Source: Actinomycetaceae bacterium (lineage in GTDB: Bacteria; Actinomycetota; Actinomycetes; Actinomycetales; Actinomycetaceae). From it: DNA of 64,000 nucleotides. The DNA is taken from NCBI GenBank assembly GCA_030524055.1, contig JAUNHH010000005.1, positions 8,334 to 72,333 on the forward strand. The letters run 5' to 3'. Below, in pieces: positions 27,829-37,115 of the stretch. Made by a program: the position numbers and the translations under genes. The stretch's first letter is position 1. Each line of letters opens with the position of its first letter. The notes under the pieces were generated by a model. The model was given only the letters and a program-made list of their open reading frames with translations. It was not told the DNA's origin and ran no database searches.

Positions 27829-30800
27829 GTGGTCAGCTTCTTCTCTCGATCTAGCTCCTCCCGCAGCGCGGACGAACCCGCTGAACAGCAGGAGGAGACC
27901 CCTGCCGTCACCTCATCTGGCGTCAACCCGGAGGTGGTGCGCGCATGGAAAGCAGAACTGGCACAACTGACTACCGACAACCGGGCAGAAGACTCTCCAC
28001 GCCTGACCATTAGTTCAGCCCACCCGGGCGGTCTCGCCCAACTCTACGCAGACCACGCCACACGACTGTCCAATCTGGTGCGCGAACCGCTGTCCCACGC
28101 GCGCGCCGTTGACCGCGCAGAAGCAGTCATTGCCCGTTCCCAGGAACTCACAATGCGGCATGGGCTGGGGACAGTTCACCTCGCGATTGGCCGCGCCCAT
28201 TGGGTGCGCGGTAGCGAACGTATTTCCTCCCCCGTATTCCTGCGCCCTATCCACGTTGAAATGGGCGAGAACGATATTTTGCTGACCTTGCGGCCCGGCA
28301 CCGTGGTGGCGCCCCTCCTGGCCAACGCTTTAGAAGAAGCAGGTGTTGATGTTGATCTTCTTGGCGTGATGCGTGGGGCGAGTACGGCCCACGGTTTTTC
28401 GGCGTCGAAGGCGTTGGCATCAATGCGGGACCTTGCCTCGGTGCTGGACCGTTTTGAGCTCCGTGAAGAACTGGTTTTGGGGATTTTCGAACACCCTGCC
28501 GCTTCTCTTCAGCGGGAAATGGATGATTCCGCCTGGCTTTTGGCGTCCCCCGTGGTGCGTGCCCTTGCTGGAGATGACGAGGCCGCGCGCCTGCTCGAAA
28601 CCGAACTCCCTGAACCTAACCCCCACGACCGTGACCCCTGGAAAGAAATGGGCGCTGGGGATCTGACTCCACGCCAAGCCGACTTGGTGGAGACAATTTC
28701 CACCGGAAAATCCCTCTTTGTGGATGTCCCGCATGGGGCGGATTCAGCAGCGGTGCTGGCAGCGGTACTTGCCCAGGGCGCAGCTAAAGGGCGCAGCATT
28801 ATTCACGTGGCGAGCTCCTCGTCGCGCACTACCCGTGTGGAGGCCCGCCTAAAGGCTTTGGGCCTTGCCGATATTGCCGCCCGGATTGATGCCTCCCCAG
28901 CGGCTGCGACAGCGCTTGGGGATCGCCTTGCGCGCGCCATGACTGACTTAACGGTCCTTCCGGACAATGGCCGGATTGATCGGATGCGCAAGCGTCTGGT
29001 GGAAGTGCGAGAACTTCTTGCTGGCCACACCTCGCATTTACATCAGCCTTTCCGCGGTTTTGGGGTGTCCGCTTTTGACGCCCTTCAGGTGCTCACTGAC
29101 TTGACGTCAACGTCTCCTGCGCCGCGCACGCGGGTGCGTTTCCGGGAGGAAATCCTCCTTGATATTGCCTCCGACCAGGGTGAACGCGCCCGGGAGGTTC
29201 TTCACCGTGCGGTGAACCTTGGTATGTTTTCTCCCTCAACAGCCCACGCTGCCTGGAAGGGCGTGCACCTGGCTAATGACTCTCAGGTGGAACAGGTCCT
29301 TGATTGCGTTGGGCGCCTCGCTGACGAAACCCTGCCTCAAATGCGTGACGATATTGCCGCAGCAGTGGAATCCACGGGCGTGCGTGAAGTGACGTCACTG
29401 AGCGAGTGGGAAGAACAACTCGCCATGTTTGAAGGCATCCGGGAAGTCCTTGATGTCTTTGTTCCCAGGGTTTTTGAACGTTCCGCAGCCGATATGGTGA
29501 TTGCCACCGCCTCGCGCCAGTGGCGTAAAGAACGCGGTATTAATATGCCGCGTTCTCAGCGGGTGCGTTTGGTGCGCCAAGCGCAGGATCTGGTCCGCCC
29601 TGGTTCCCATGTGAAGGATCTCCACGGGGCTCTTGTGGGCGTCCAGGAACGCCGTGAAGCCTGGCGCGCGCACTGTGAGGCCGATGGGTGGCCGTCGCTG
29701 CCCAGTGACCTCGACGGGATGATTGCCACTGCCGGGGATGTCCGCCAGGACATTGCTCGTCTTCAGCCGTATTTGGCTGATGTCGAGCCAGATATGGAGC
29801 ACACACCTGTGGCGCACCTTGCCCGCCTTGCTGAGCGTCTGAGTGCAGACTCTGATGGGGCACGGCATCTGCCACGCCGCAGCGGGGTCCATGAGGAACT
29901 GACTGACCTGGGCTTGGCGGCTTTTGCTGACGATATGCGTGACCGGATGGTTTTGCCGGAGCTCATCGACGCGGAGCTGGATTTAGCCTGGTGGGCCTCG
30001 ATTTTGGGGTTGATGATTGCCTCGGATCCGCATTTGGGGGGTACCGAGCCAGCCAGTTTGGAAGGTTTGTTGGCCGAGGGGCGTGACCTTGACCAGGCTC
30101 AGGTCGAGTCTCTGACTCCGCAGGTGTTGGATCATCTGCGCCGCCGCCGCAAGAAGGAATTGGAAAAGGATCGCACAGCCCAGGCAGCCCTTCAGGGAGA
30201 TTTGGGGTTGGTCATCCCTGCCCCGGATTTGTGGGCGCGCCACCCGCTGGTGGCACGTTTAGTGCCAGTGGCATTGACGGTGCCCACATTGGTGCCGTGG
30301 ATTTTGCCGCGCGGCCGCTACGCTGATGTAGCCATTTTGGACGGTATTGATGACCTGCCGTTGGCGGAGTTGATTCCGATTATTGCCCGAACCCGTCAGG
30401 TCATTGTGTTGGCAGATTCGGCCACTGCCCGCGAGGGCGGCCCCGTTGAAGCATTAGCGCGGATCCTGCCGCAGGTGTCAATGGAGGTCACGCCTACCCG
30501 TCTTAATGACCAGGTCGCGTTGCTTTTGGCGCGTCAAGGGGTAGAACACACAGGGGTGCCCGTCCCGTGGACTGCACCCCAAGCCCCGGTTACCGCTGTG
30601 TGGACCGATGGCACGGGAATGCCTGCCCCCGGGTCGGCCTGCGTGGAAACCAGCCCGCAGGAAGTGGCCGCCGTGGTGGAGGAAGTCCTCGCGCACGCCC
30701 TCGAACAACCAGAACGATCCCTTGGCGTTATTGCCCTCAATGCCCGCCACGCGGAAAGGGTACGTCAGGCGATTACCAAAGAATTAGGTCACGAGGACGG

Positions 30801-31920
30801 GGTTGCTGCTTTCTTTAGTGACGACCAGGTTGAACCTTTTGTTGTGGTTGACCCTGATGGTGCGCGCGGACTGACCCGTGACCGGATTATTCTCACCGTT
30901 GGTTTTGCCAAGACCCCCCACGGACGGGTTCTTCACGACTTTGGCGCTTTTTCTCAGCCGAATGGTGTGGCTGTAATGGCTGGTGTGCTGCGGGCGGTGC
31001 GCGGCGACCTCACGGTGATTTCTTCTTTGCGCCCCGAGGAGTTTGACCGTAGCCGTGTGCGCGCTAAAGGCGCGCGGATGCTGATTGATCTGCTGGATAT
31101 TGCGCAGGGCCAATCTGGGCAGGGCTCGGATGCCTGGCCTGTGTTGGAGGCCGCCCCTGACCGCCTTCTGGTGGATCTCGCCGAGCGCCTCTATGGCATT
31201 GGTCTGGAAGTTGTCCCCAATGTGGGGATCCCTGGCGGGATGCGGATTCCGCTGGCGATTGGCCACCCGGAGGTGCCTGGCCGCCTTCTGGTTGCGGTGC
31301 TGACCGATGATGATGAATATGTTTCTGAGCCATCCCTGCGGGTCCGTGACCGCCTGCGCCCTGCCATGTTGGAAGAACAGGGGTGGCGGGTCCACACCGC
31401 GCTGTCAATGGCTGTCTTTATTGATCCGGGTAAAGAAGCAGAAACCATTGTCCATACTGTTTTGGACGCTGTTGATGAAGCTATTGGTCCGCGTGAAGAT
31501 GTCCTTGATGTCCCCATTGTGGATGACGATCCGGATGCCTTTGGCGATTTTGCTGCAGAAGACGCCTTGCCGGCCCGTAACCAGGTGCAGTGGTTCCCTG
31601 ACCCGCATTCTGAGGATTCACGTGAACGGCGTGACGCCGTTGCCGAGACCATTTTGACGGGGTCTTTGGCGGCGGTTGCCCCGATTCCTGATCGCGGCCC
31701 GCGTCCGGCGATTGCTCGTGGTTTGCCTTTGGCGGCCTATGGGGATGACCAATTGGATGAGTTGGCCGATTGGGTGCGTTCTGATGGGATTGAACGGACC
31801 CATGCGGAAATGGTGGAAGAACTTCGTGAGGCTTTAGGTTTGCACCGCCGTGGCGCCCAGTCGGATGCTGTTTTGGGCAATGTTGTGCGTCGTACCGATC
31901 CTGGGCATCGTCACGAATGA
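27829..31920 (+). CDS. Large SF1-helicase-like protein (DUF4011/AAA_11/AAA_12-type architecture) with degenerate ATPase motifs
   Basis: 1363 aa, GTG start. Regions align to the DNA2/Upf1-like helicase core of DUF4011 proteins, but Walker A is VPHGADSA (not GPPGTGKS) and the motif II DE is LDGIDD. C-terminal blocks (…IILTVGFAKTPHGRVLHDFGAFSQ…) are conserved. Family assignment from pattern recognition only. Confidence 0.7.
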   Translation: MVSFFSRSSSSRSADEPAEQQEETPAVTSSGVNPEVVRAWKAELAQLTTDNRAEDSPRLTISSAHPGGLAQLYADHATRLSNLVREPLSHARAVDRAEAVIARSQELTMRHGLGTVHLAIGRAHWVRGSERISSPVFLRPIHVEMGENDILLTLRPGTVVAPLLANALEEAGVDVDLLGVMRGASTAHGFSASKALASMRDLASVLDRFELREELVLGIFEHPAASLQREMDDSAWLLASPVVRALAGDDEAARLLETELPEPNPHDRDPWKEMGAGDLTPRQADLVETISTGKSLFVDVPHGADSAAVLAAVLAQGAAKGRSIIHVASSSSRTTRVEARLKALGLADIAARIDASPAAATALGDRLARAMTDLTVLPDNGRIDRMRKRLVEVRELLAGHTSHLHQPFRGFGVSAFDALQVLTDLTSTSPAPRTRVRFREEILLDIASDQGERAREVLHRAVNLGMFSPSTAHAAWKGVHLANDSQVEQVLDCVGRLADETLPQMRDDIAAAVESTGVREVTSLSEWEEQLAMFEGIREVLDVFVPRVFERSAADMVIATASRQWRKERGINMPRSQRVRLVRQAQDLVRPGSHVKDLHGALVGVQERREAWRAHCEADGWPSLPSDLDGMIATAGDVRQDIARLQPYLADVEPDMEHTPVAHLARLAERLSADSDGARHLPRRSGVHEELTDLGLAAFADDMRDRMVLPELIDAELDLAWWASILGLMIASDPHLGGTEPASLEGLLAEGRDLDQAQVESLTPQVLDHLRRRRKKELEKDRTAQAALQGDLGLVIPAPDLWARHPLVARLVPVALTVPTLVPWILPRGRYADVAILDGIDDLPLAELIPIIARTRQVIVLADSATAREGGPVEALARILPQVSMEVTPTRLNDQVALLLARQGVEHTGVPVPWTAPQAPVTAVWTDGTGMPAPGSACVETSPQEVAAVVEEVLAHALEQPERSLGVIALNARHAERVRQAITKELGHEDGVAAFFSDDQVEPFVVVDPDGARGLTRDRIILTVGFAKTPHGRVLHDFGAFSQPNGVAVMAGVLRAVRGDLTVISSLRPEEFDRSRVRAKGARMLIDLLDIAQGQSGQGSDAWPVLEAAPDRLLVDLAERLYGIGLEVVPNVGIPGGMRIPLAIGHPEVPGRLLVAVLTDDDEYVSEPSLRVRDRLRPAMLEEQGWRVHTALSMAVFIDPGKEAETIVHTVLDAVDEAIGPREDVLDVPIVDDDPDAFGDFAAEDALPARNQVQWFPDPHSEDSRERRDAVAETILTGSLAAVAPIPDRGPRPAIARGLPLAAYGDDQLDELADWVRSDGIERTHAEMVEELREALGLHRRGAQSDAVLGNVVRRTDPGHRHE

Positions 31921-32120
31921 CACCGAAAAAACGCCGCCGAGCGATTTACATTAATGAGGTGGATCGCTCTCGTCTTGAACGGGGGATCCCGCCCTCGTGG
32001 GAAGAGAAAAGCGACCACGACGATCACCTGACGGATGACGGGGCCCTGGTTGACGATGGGGACTCAAATGATCAGCGTCTTTTAGGGGAAGTGCCGCCGC
32101 ATTGGTCTCTTCCGCAGTAG
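31917..32120 (+). CDS. Small acidic protein translationally coupled to the helicase-like gene
   Basis: ATGA start/stop overlap with the upstream gene; 67 aa, basic N-terminus (MTPKKRRRAIYINE…) and acidic C-terminus. Confidence 0.4.
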   Translation: MTPKKRRRAIYINEVDRSRLERGIPPSWEEKSDHDDHLTDDGALVDDGDSNDQRLLGEVPPHWSLPQ

Positions 32121-32244
32121 GGTCCTGTGGATAATTCACGAGGGCGGGGCGCTATCCACAATTGACGCTGTGCCTGAATTGCGGAATTCACAGGCTGTCT
32201 AGGCACGGATGCGAGGGTAGGGGAGGGTGCGCTGAGATTAAGGA

Positions 32245-32874
32245 ATGAATGCTTCTCTGTCCTGGCCAGTTCTCCGCAGATTCCTTATTTGCGTGACACT
32301 CATTGGCATGGTTGTGACCATATTCACATATGTCTTTTCTGGGGAGGAAGCGGAGGTGTGGGTCACCCGTCAACCGCTTCGGTCGGGAGAAGAATTTTCT
32401 GCCGACCATTTGGAGGTAAAAAGTATCCCCAAGGATCTTGTTCCCTCCGATGTGATTCCTGTGGGCGCACCCCTACCTGATCAGTGGAATGGGGGTGATA
32501 TTGGAGCTTCCACAATCCTTACGGAATCATTACTTGATGGGTCAATTCAGGGGCGAGAATTGACTGATGGATGGACCCGTTTGAGTGTTGTTTTACCTGC
32601 CAATCAGGTCCCGGTGATGGAGTCTGGAGATATTGTTGAGGCTTGGGCAACCTCCGATATTTGTGACGTACATGGCTGCTCTGCCTCTTCCGTTGCGCAA
32701 GAAGTGCGCATAGCCTCTATTGCGACCGTCGATGATTCTGCATGGGCAGACTCATCGACATTGCGTCTTGAGCTGATTGTGAAAGATGCAGATATAGATG
32801 TGGTCCTGGGTCATGCTAGGGCCGGAACGTTGAGTTTGGTGCTCCGCTCTTATGGTGGAAAGTCAGGCTCATGA
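32245..32874 (+). CDS. SAF-domain membrane protein (CpaB/RcpC-like)
   Basis: N-terminal TM helix followed by a SAF-like beta-rich domain; directly upstream of mscL. Confidence 0.5.
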   Translation: MNASLSWPVLRRFLICVTLIGMVVTIFTYVFSGEEAEVWVTRQPLRSGEEFSADHLEVKSIPKDLVPSDVIPVGAPLPDQWNGGDIGASTILTESLLDGSIQGRELTDGWTRLSVVLPANQVPVMESGDIVEAWATSDICDVHGCSASSVAQEVRIASIATVDDSAWADSSTLRLELIVKDADIDVVLGHARAGTLSLVLRSYGGKSGS

Positions 32875-32892
32875 CACAGGAGAGAGACCCGC

Positions 32893-33288
32893 ATGATCAA
32901 GGGCTTCAAGGAATTCATTTCCCAGGGCAATGTAATGGAACTGGCCGTCGGTGTGATTATCGCTGGCGCATTCAGCCCTATCGTTGACAAAGTGACCAAG
33001 GTGATCCTGGATTCCATTGGTCAGATTGTTGGCCAGCCCAACTTTGACTCGCTTGGTCAGTTCAAGCTCAACCCCGCTGCTGCTGAGTTCATCCAGCCCG
33101 GTAGTATCGTGACTGCTGCTGTGAACTTCCTGATCGTGGCTTTCGCCATTTACTTCTTCATCGTTGTCCCGATGAACAAGCTCAACCGTAAGAACGCTGC
33201 TGACGATGCCGCTGAAGAAGCAGCAGCAGAAGCCAGCAACGAAGAGAAGCTGCTCACCGAAATCCGCGATCTGCTCGCCAAGCGCTGA
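32893..33288 (+). CDS. mscL: Large-conductance mechanosensitive channel
   Basis: MIKGFKEFISQGNVMELAVGVIIAGAFSPIVDKVTKVILDSIGQ is the canonical MscL N-terminus; 131 aa. Confidence 0.9.
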   Translation: MIKGFKEFISQGNVMELAVGVIIAGAFSPIVDKVTKVILDSIGQIVGQPNFDSLGQFKLNPAAAEFIQPGSIVTAAVNFLIVAFAIYFFIVVPMNKLNRKNAADDAAEEAAAEASNEEKLLTEIRDLLAKR

Positions 33289-33313
33289 TCTTTTCGCGCT
33301 GACAGATTTCCAA

Positions 33314-33350
33314 AGCCCCGCGCCAGATATGGCGCGGGGCTTTGCTGTGT
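33314..33350 (+). terminator. Rho-independent terminator after mscL
   Basis: 13-bp perfect stem AAAGCCCCGCGCC-agatat-GGCGCGGGGCTTT followed by a T-containing tail. Confidence 0.65.
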
Positions 33351-33499
33351 TATTAAGGAGTGGGGTTAAAAGATGGGGTTAAAGGACAGTGGGTGTTGTT
33401 GCGGTCCGGGTTTTTGGGCTTGATGGCAGTGAAAAGTCGGGATTTTAGTTGGGTGTGCCTGCCCTGGATCTCTTGTCTGGGTTGGCCTTCGCAGAGTGC

Positions 33500-33890
33500 C
33501 CCAGATGCCTGTCCTTATTGCGGCGCGCTGACAAAGCGCCGCGAAGACGAACTTTGGTGACCAGATTTGCATCGTGGGCGCGGTTTGTTTTTCTGGGCTG
33601 CACGTCGGAAATTCTGACCTGCGCAAATAGGTGTGGTCCTGGGGGCCGGGTGCCTATCTTCATTGCACCAGGCGGACAAAGCGCCACCAGGACGTGTTTC
33701 TGGCGGTGAATCTGCGTTGTGGTGGCGGTTTATCAATTTGGGCTGTTGGCTTGTAATTGCCGACCTGGGTAAATAGAGGTGGTCTTGGGGCCTACGGCGT
33801 CCGTCCCCATCACACGCGCTGACAAACCGCCGCGAGGACGAACTTTGGCGGCCAGATCTGCATCGTGGGCGCGGTTTGTCAGTTGGAAGT
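33500..33890. repeat. Family-B palindromic repeat array (three tandem units, ~146-149-bp period)
   Basis: Units begin at ~33527, 33676 and 33822 (GACAAAGCGCCGCGAAGACG / …CCACCAGGACG / GACAAACCGCCGCGAGGACG), each with the CTGACCTG(C/G)GCAAATAG module. Confidence 0.65.
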
Positions 33891-33939
33891 TGCCAGGGCA
33901 GGGGGCTTTTAGCTGTACTGTCGCAAGAAAGTAAGGATT

Positions 33940-34554
33940 TTAGTTGCCACGATATGGTGGCTCGCCCAACACGGTAAAACCCTTGGGGGTAAGCACTGCA
34001 TCAACAGGAATATCGTGAGACTCTCGGGGAAGATGGCCCGCTGGCACGAACGCTTGTGAATCAATAATCCCAATAATCGCAGCGTCAGGCCGACGAAACA
34101 TCAATGCCCGGTCATACCACCCGCCACCCTGTCCTAGTCGCGTTCCAGAAGCATCAATTGCGAGTGCTGGCACCGCAATCACATCGGCGCGGCGTAGAGC
34201 TTCAGGGTATAGGGGAGTGCCTGCCACCTGTGCCGGCCACTTCAAATCCGGTTGAGAAAGCTGCGCCCCGGCCTCGTAAATTGACCACATTGGATCGGAT
34301 AAAACCTGCCCATCATCACCGACCAGATAGGGCAGAAGGAACCGCGAATGTTCACTCCAGATGCCCCTCATATCCGGCTCAGTCGCGGTCGAGGAGAAAA
34401 GCGCAGGCAAGACCGTATTTTCCTCGTTGATGCCGAGGTGCGTGAGAAGTTGTATCCACCCCTGGCGTAGCGACTCAGCCTCACCACTAGGCCGAATTCT
34501 GCCCCGACGCTGCTCGCGCCACAGCTGACGCGCACGTACTTTCTCGTCAACCAT
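33940..34554 (-). CDS. 5-formyltetrahydrofolate cyclo-ligase (MTHFS family)
   Basis: C-terminal GQGGGWYDR motif and MTHFS fold pattern; start set at internal ATG 34554 (MVDEKV…); the track ORF extends to 34785. Divergent from galU as in M. tuberculosis (Rv0992c/Rv0993). Confidence 0.75.
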   Translation of the reverse strand: MVDEKVRARQLWREQRRGRIRPSGEAESLRQGWIQLLTHLGINEENTVLPALFSSTATEPDMRGIWSEHSRFLLPYLVGDDGQVLSDPMWSIYEAGAQLSQPDLKWPAQVAGTPLYPEALRRADVIAVPALAIDASGTRLGQGGGWYDRALMFRRPDAAIIGIIDSQAFVPAGHLPRESHDIPVDAVLTPKGFTVLGEPPYRGN

Positions 34555-34591
34555 TTCCACCTGACCCCTGTCTCCGACTAATGTGTGATCT

Positions 34592-35515
34592 ATGGCAGAT
34601 AAGGAACTCAATGTATCGCACGCCGTAGTCCCATCCGCCGGACGCGGCACCCGTTTTCTCCCGATCACCAAGGCCGTTCCCAAGGAAATGCTTCCCATCG
34701 TGGACCGGCCTGCCATTGAGTATGTCGTGCGTGAAGCGACCGAAGCTGGCATTGACGACATGCTCTTCGTTACCCGTACAGGCAAAGAATCTATCGAAGC
34801 TCACTTCGATGCCGACCCCGGCCTCGAAGGGGACCTCATTAAAGCAGGCAAAGATAAACTCCTTGCCCTTGCCAATGAGTACCGTGACCTGGCGCGCGTC
34901 CACTCCGTCCGCCAAGGACACCCTCTGGGCCTTGGCCACGCTGTGCTCCAAGCAAAGAAGCATGTCGGCCAGGCACCCTTTGCTGTCATGCTGCCCGACG
35001 ATCTCATGCACCCCGACTCAGTGCTGCTTAAGCGCCTGATCGAGGTCCGTCGCGCGCTTGGCGGTTCCGTTGTGGCGCTGCTGCGCGTCACCCCTGAACA
35101 GGCAACCGCCTACGCCTCCACTGCCGTGACCACACTGCCCATTCCCGAGGGAGTCAACCTTGAAGAAGGGCAACTCATGCGCATTGACAAGGTCGTGGAA
35201 AAACCCCCGGTAGAAGAAGTCATGAGCGAATACGCCGTGGTTGGCCGCTACGTTTTCGACCCGGCGATTTTCGACGAACTCGAAGTCATCGAACCCGGTA
35301 GCGGCGGCGAATACCAGCTCACTGACGGTTTTGCTCGCCTCATTGACCGGCCGGCAGAAGAAGGCGGCGGCCTCTACGGCGTCGTCATCGAAGATCGTCG
35401 TTTCGACACCGGCGACAAACTCGGCTACCTCGAAGCCAATGTGGCCCTCGCTCTGGAACACCCAGAACTCGGCCCCAAGCTGCGCGAATACCTGCAAGAG
35501 GAACTCGCAAAGTAA
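34592..35515 (+). CDS. galU: UTP--glucose-1-phosphate uridylyltransferase
   Basis: VVPSAGRGTRFLPITKAVPKEMLPIVDRP (nucleotidyl-transferase signature) and full-length GalU similarity. Confidence 0.9.
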   Translation: MADKELNVSHAVVPSAGRGTRFLPITKAVPKEMLPIVDRPAIEYVVREATEAGIDDMLFVTRTGKESIEAHFDADPGLEGDLIKAGKDKLLALANEYRDLARVHSVRQGHPLGLGHAVLQAKKHVGQAPFAVMLPDDLMHPDSVLLKRLIEVRRALGGSVVALLRVTPEQATAYASTAVTTLPIPEGVNLEEGQLMRIDKVVEKPPVEEVMSEYAVVGRYVFDPAIFDELEVIEPGSGGEYQLTDGFARLIDRPAEEGGGLYGVVIEDRRFDTGDKLGYLEANVALALEHPELGPKLREYLQEELAK

Positions 35516-35610
35516 ATCCTCGCTCATGTGTGGCCTTCGCTTTCCCTCATAAAGGCAAGGTGGGGCCGCGCAGGGCAGGCGCATTCGCCAGCGGGTGCGC
35601 CACTGCCATG

Positions 35611-35655
35611 AACGAGGGCGGGGTTGCTGAAAAGTCCACGCGCCCCGCCCTCGTT
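35611..35655 (+). terminator. Hairpin AACGAGGGCGGGG-(20 nt)-CCCCGCCCTCGTT between galU and moeA
   Basis: Perfect 13-bp family-A inverted pair. Confidence 0.6.
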
Positions 35656-35709
35656 AAACCCCATAGGTATCTGGTCGCGGCCCGATGCCCCAACCTGATC
35701 GGAGAACCC

Positions 35710-37014
35710 GTGCGCTCCGTCGCCGACTTCTACCAGGACTGCCTGGCTGCTGTTGCTCAACAGCCACCCCTCGACGTCCAACTGGCTGACGCTGTCTCTT
35801 GCATCCTCGCAGAAGACGTTTCCGCCCCCTTCGATGTACCCATCGCCGACCTTTCCGGATGCGACGGCTACGCCGTGCGGGCACGCGACCTGGCAGGAGC
35901 CACCCCCGAAACCCCCGTCACCCTGAGCGTCACCGAAGAAATCCGCGCCGGAGACGTCCATCCCGCGGCCCTGGTACCCGGCACAGCCATTCGTATTGCT
36001 TCTGGCGCGCCCATTCCTAGTGGCTGCGATGCGGTGGTGCTGCTGGACTTTACTGATCACGGTATTGCTGAAGTGGCTGTACGGACCCAACCTGCCGTTG
36101 GCGAAAATATCCGCCGCAAAGCCGAAGACGTGGCCGAAGGGACCGTTATCTTGAAGCAGGGCACCCGCCTGGGTTCGCGCCAGGTGGCGCTGCTGGCCGG
36201 AGTGGGGCGCTCGCGGGTTTTGGTGCACCCGAGGCCGCGCGTTGTGGTGCTCTCTATTGGCGATGAATTAGTTGAACCTGGCCGCCCGGCGCGCCCTGGT
36301 ACTGTTTTCGACGCTAATGGGCATGCGCTGTCGAGTGCCATTGCCGATGCGGGTGCGCAGACTTTCCGTGTAGCGGCGGTTCCTGATGAGCGCCGCGCCC
36401 TGCGTGAAACTATTGAAGACCAGCTGGTTCGGGCTGATTTGATTCTTACGACCGGCGGTATTTCGCATGGCGCTGGCGATACCGTCCGCGAGGTTCTGGG
36501 CAGCCTTGGGACTGTCCGTTTTGACAATATTGCTGCCTGGCCTGGGCATATTCTCGGTGTTGGAACTGTTGGTGGTGCGGAGAACGGTGGCGGTGCTGGC
36601 GGCGCCTCCGGTGGCGCGCAGAGCGCGGGTACGGGCGGCGCCTCCGGTGGCGGCGCAGCCACCTCTGGTGGAATCCCGATTTTCTGCCTGCCCGGCGATC
36701 CTGTTGCCGCCCAAGTCTGCTTTGAAGTCTATGTGCGCCCAGCGCTGCGCCATATGCAAGGGTGGGCACAACTCAATCGCCCGAGTATTAAAGCCACCGT
36801 TGACCGCAGTTGGTATTCCCCCAGAGGGCGGCGCGAATTCGTGCGTGTGCGCCTGACCGGCGACCCTAGCGGTGGCTACCGCGCCCAGGTGATGGGCCCG
36901 CCTGCGTCGCTTCTGTTGTCCGCTCTGGCTGAGTCGAATGCCTTGGCTGTTGTCCCAGAGAACGTCACTAATGTGCACGTTGGCGACACATTGCAGTGCA
37001 TGGTGTTGGAGTGA
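35710..37014 (+). CDS. moeA: Molybdopterin molybdotransferase MoeA with a Gly/Ser/Ala-rich insertion
   Basis: MoeA N-terminal and MPT-binding domains (…LTTGGISHGAGDTVREVL… , …FCLPGDPVAAQVCFEVYVRPAL…) interrupted by the low-complexity insert GGAENGGGAGGASGGAQSAGTGGASGGGAATSGG; GTG start 35710, in frame with the track ORF that begins at 35530. Confidence 0.8.
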   Translation: MRSVADFYQDCLAAVAQQPPLDVQLADAVSCILAEDVSAPFDVPIADLSGCDGYAVRARDLAGATPETPVTLSVTEEIRAGDVHPAALVPGTAIRIASGAPIPSGCDAVVLLDFTDHGIAEVAVRTQPAVGENIRRKAEDVAEGTVILKQGTRLGSRQVALLAGVGRSRVLVHPRPRVVVLSIGDELVEPGRPARPGTVFDANGHALSSAIADAGAQTFRVAAVPDERRALRETIEDQLVRADLILTTGGISHGAGDTVREVLGSLGTVRFDNIAAWPGHILGVGTVGGAENGGGAGGASGGAQSAGTGGASGGGAATSGGIPIFCLPGDPVAAQVCFEVYVRPALRHMQGWAQLNRPSIKATVDRSWYSPRGRREFVRVRLTGDPSGGYRAQVMGPPASLLLSALAESNALAVVPENVTNVHVGDTLQCMVLE

Positions 37015-37115
37015 GTTCCTCCTCCATTTTTGACCGTTTCCGCCGGCCCCTGGTGTGGGGCAGGACGGTGGAAGAACTCACCCTGGTGGAAGAAAACCCG
37101 GTGGGGCGAGGGCTC

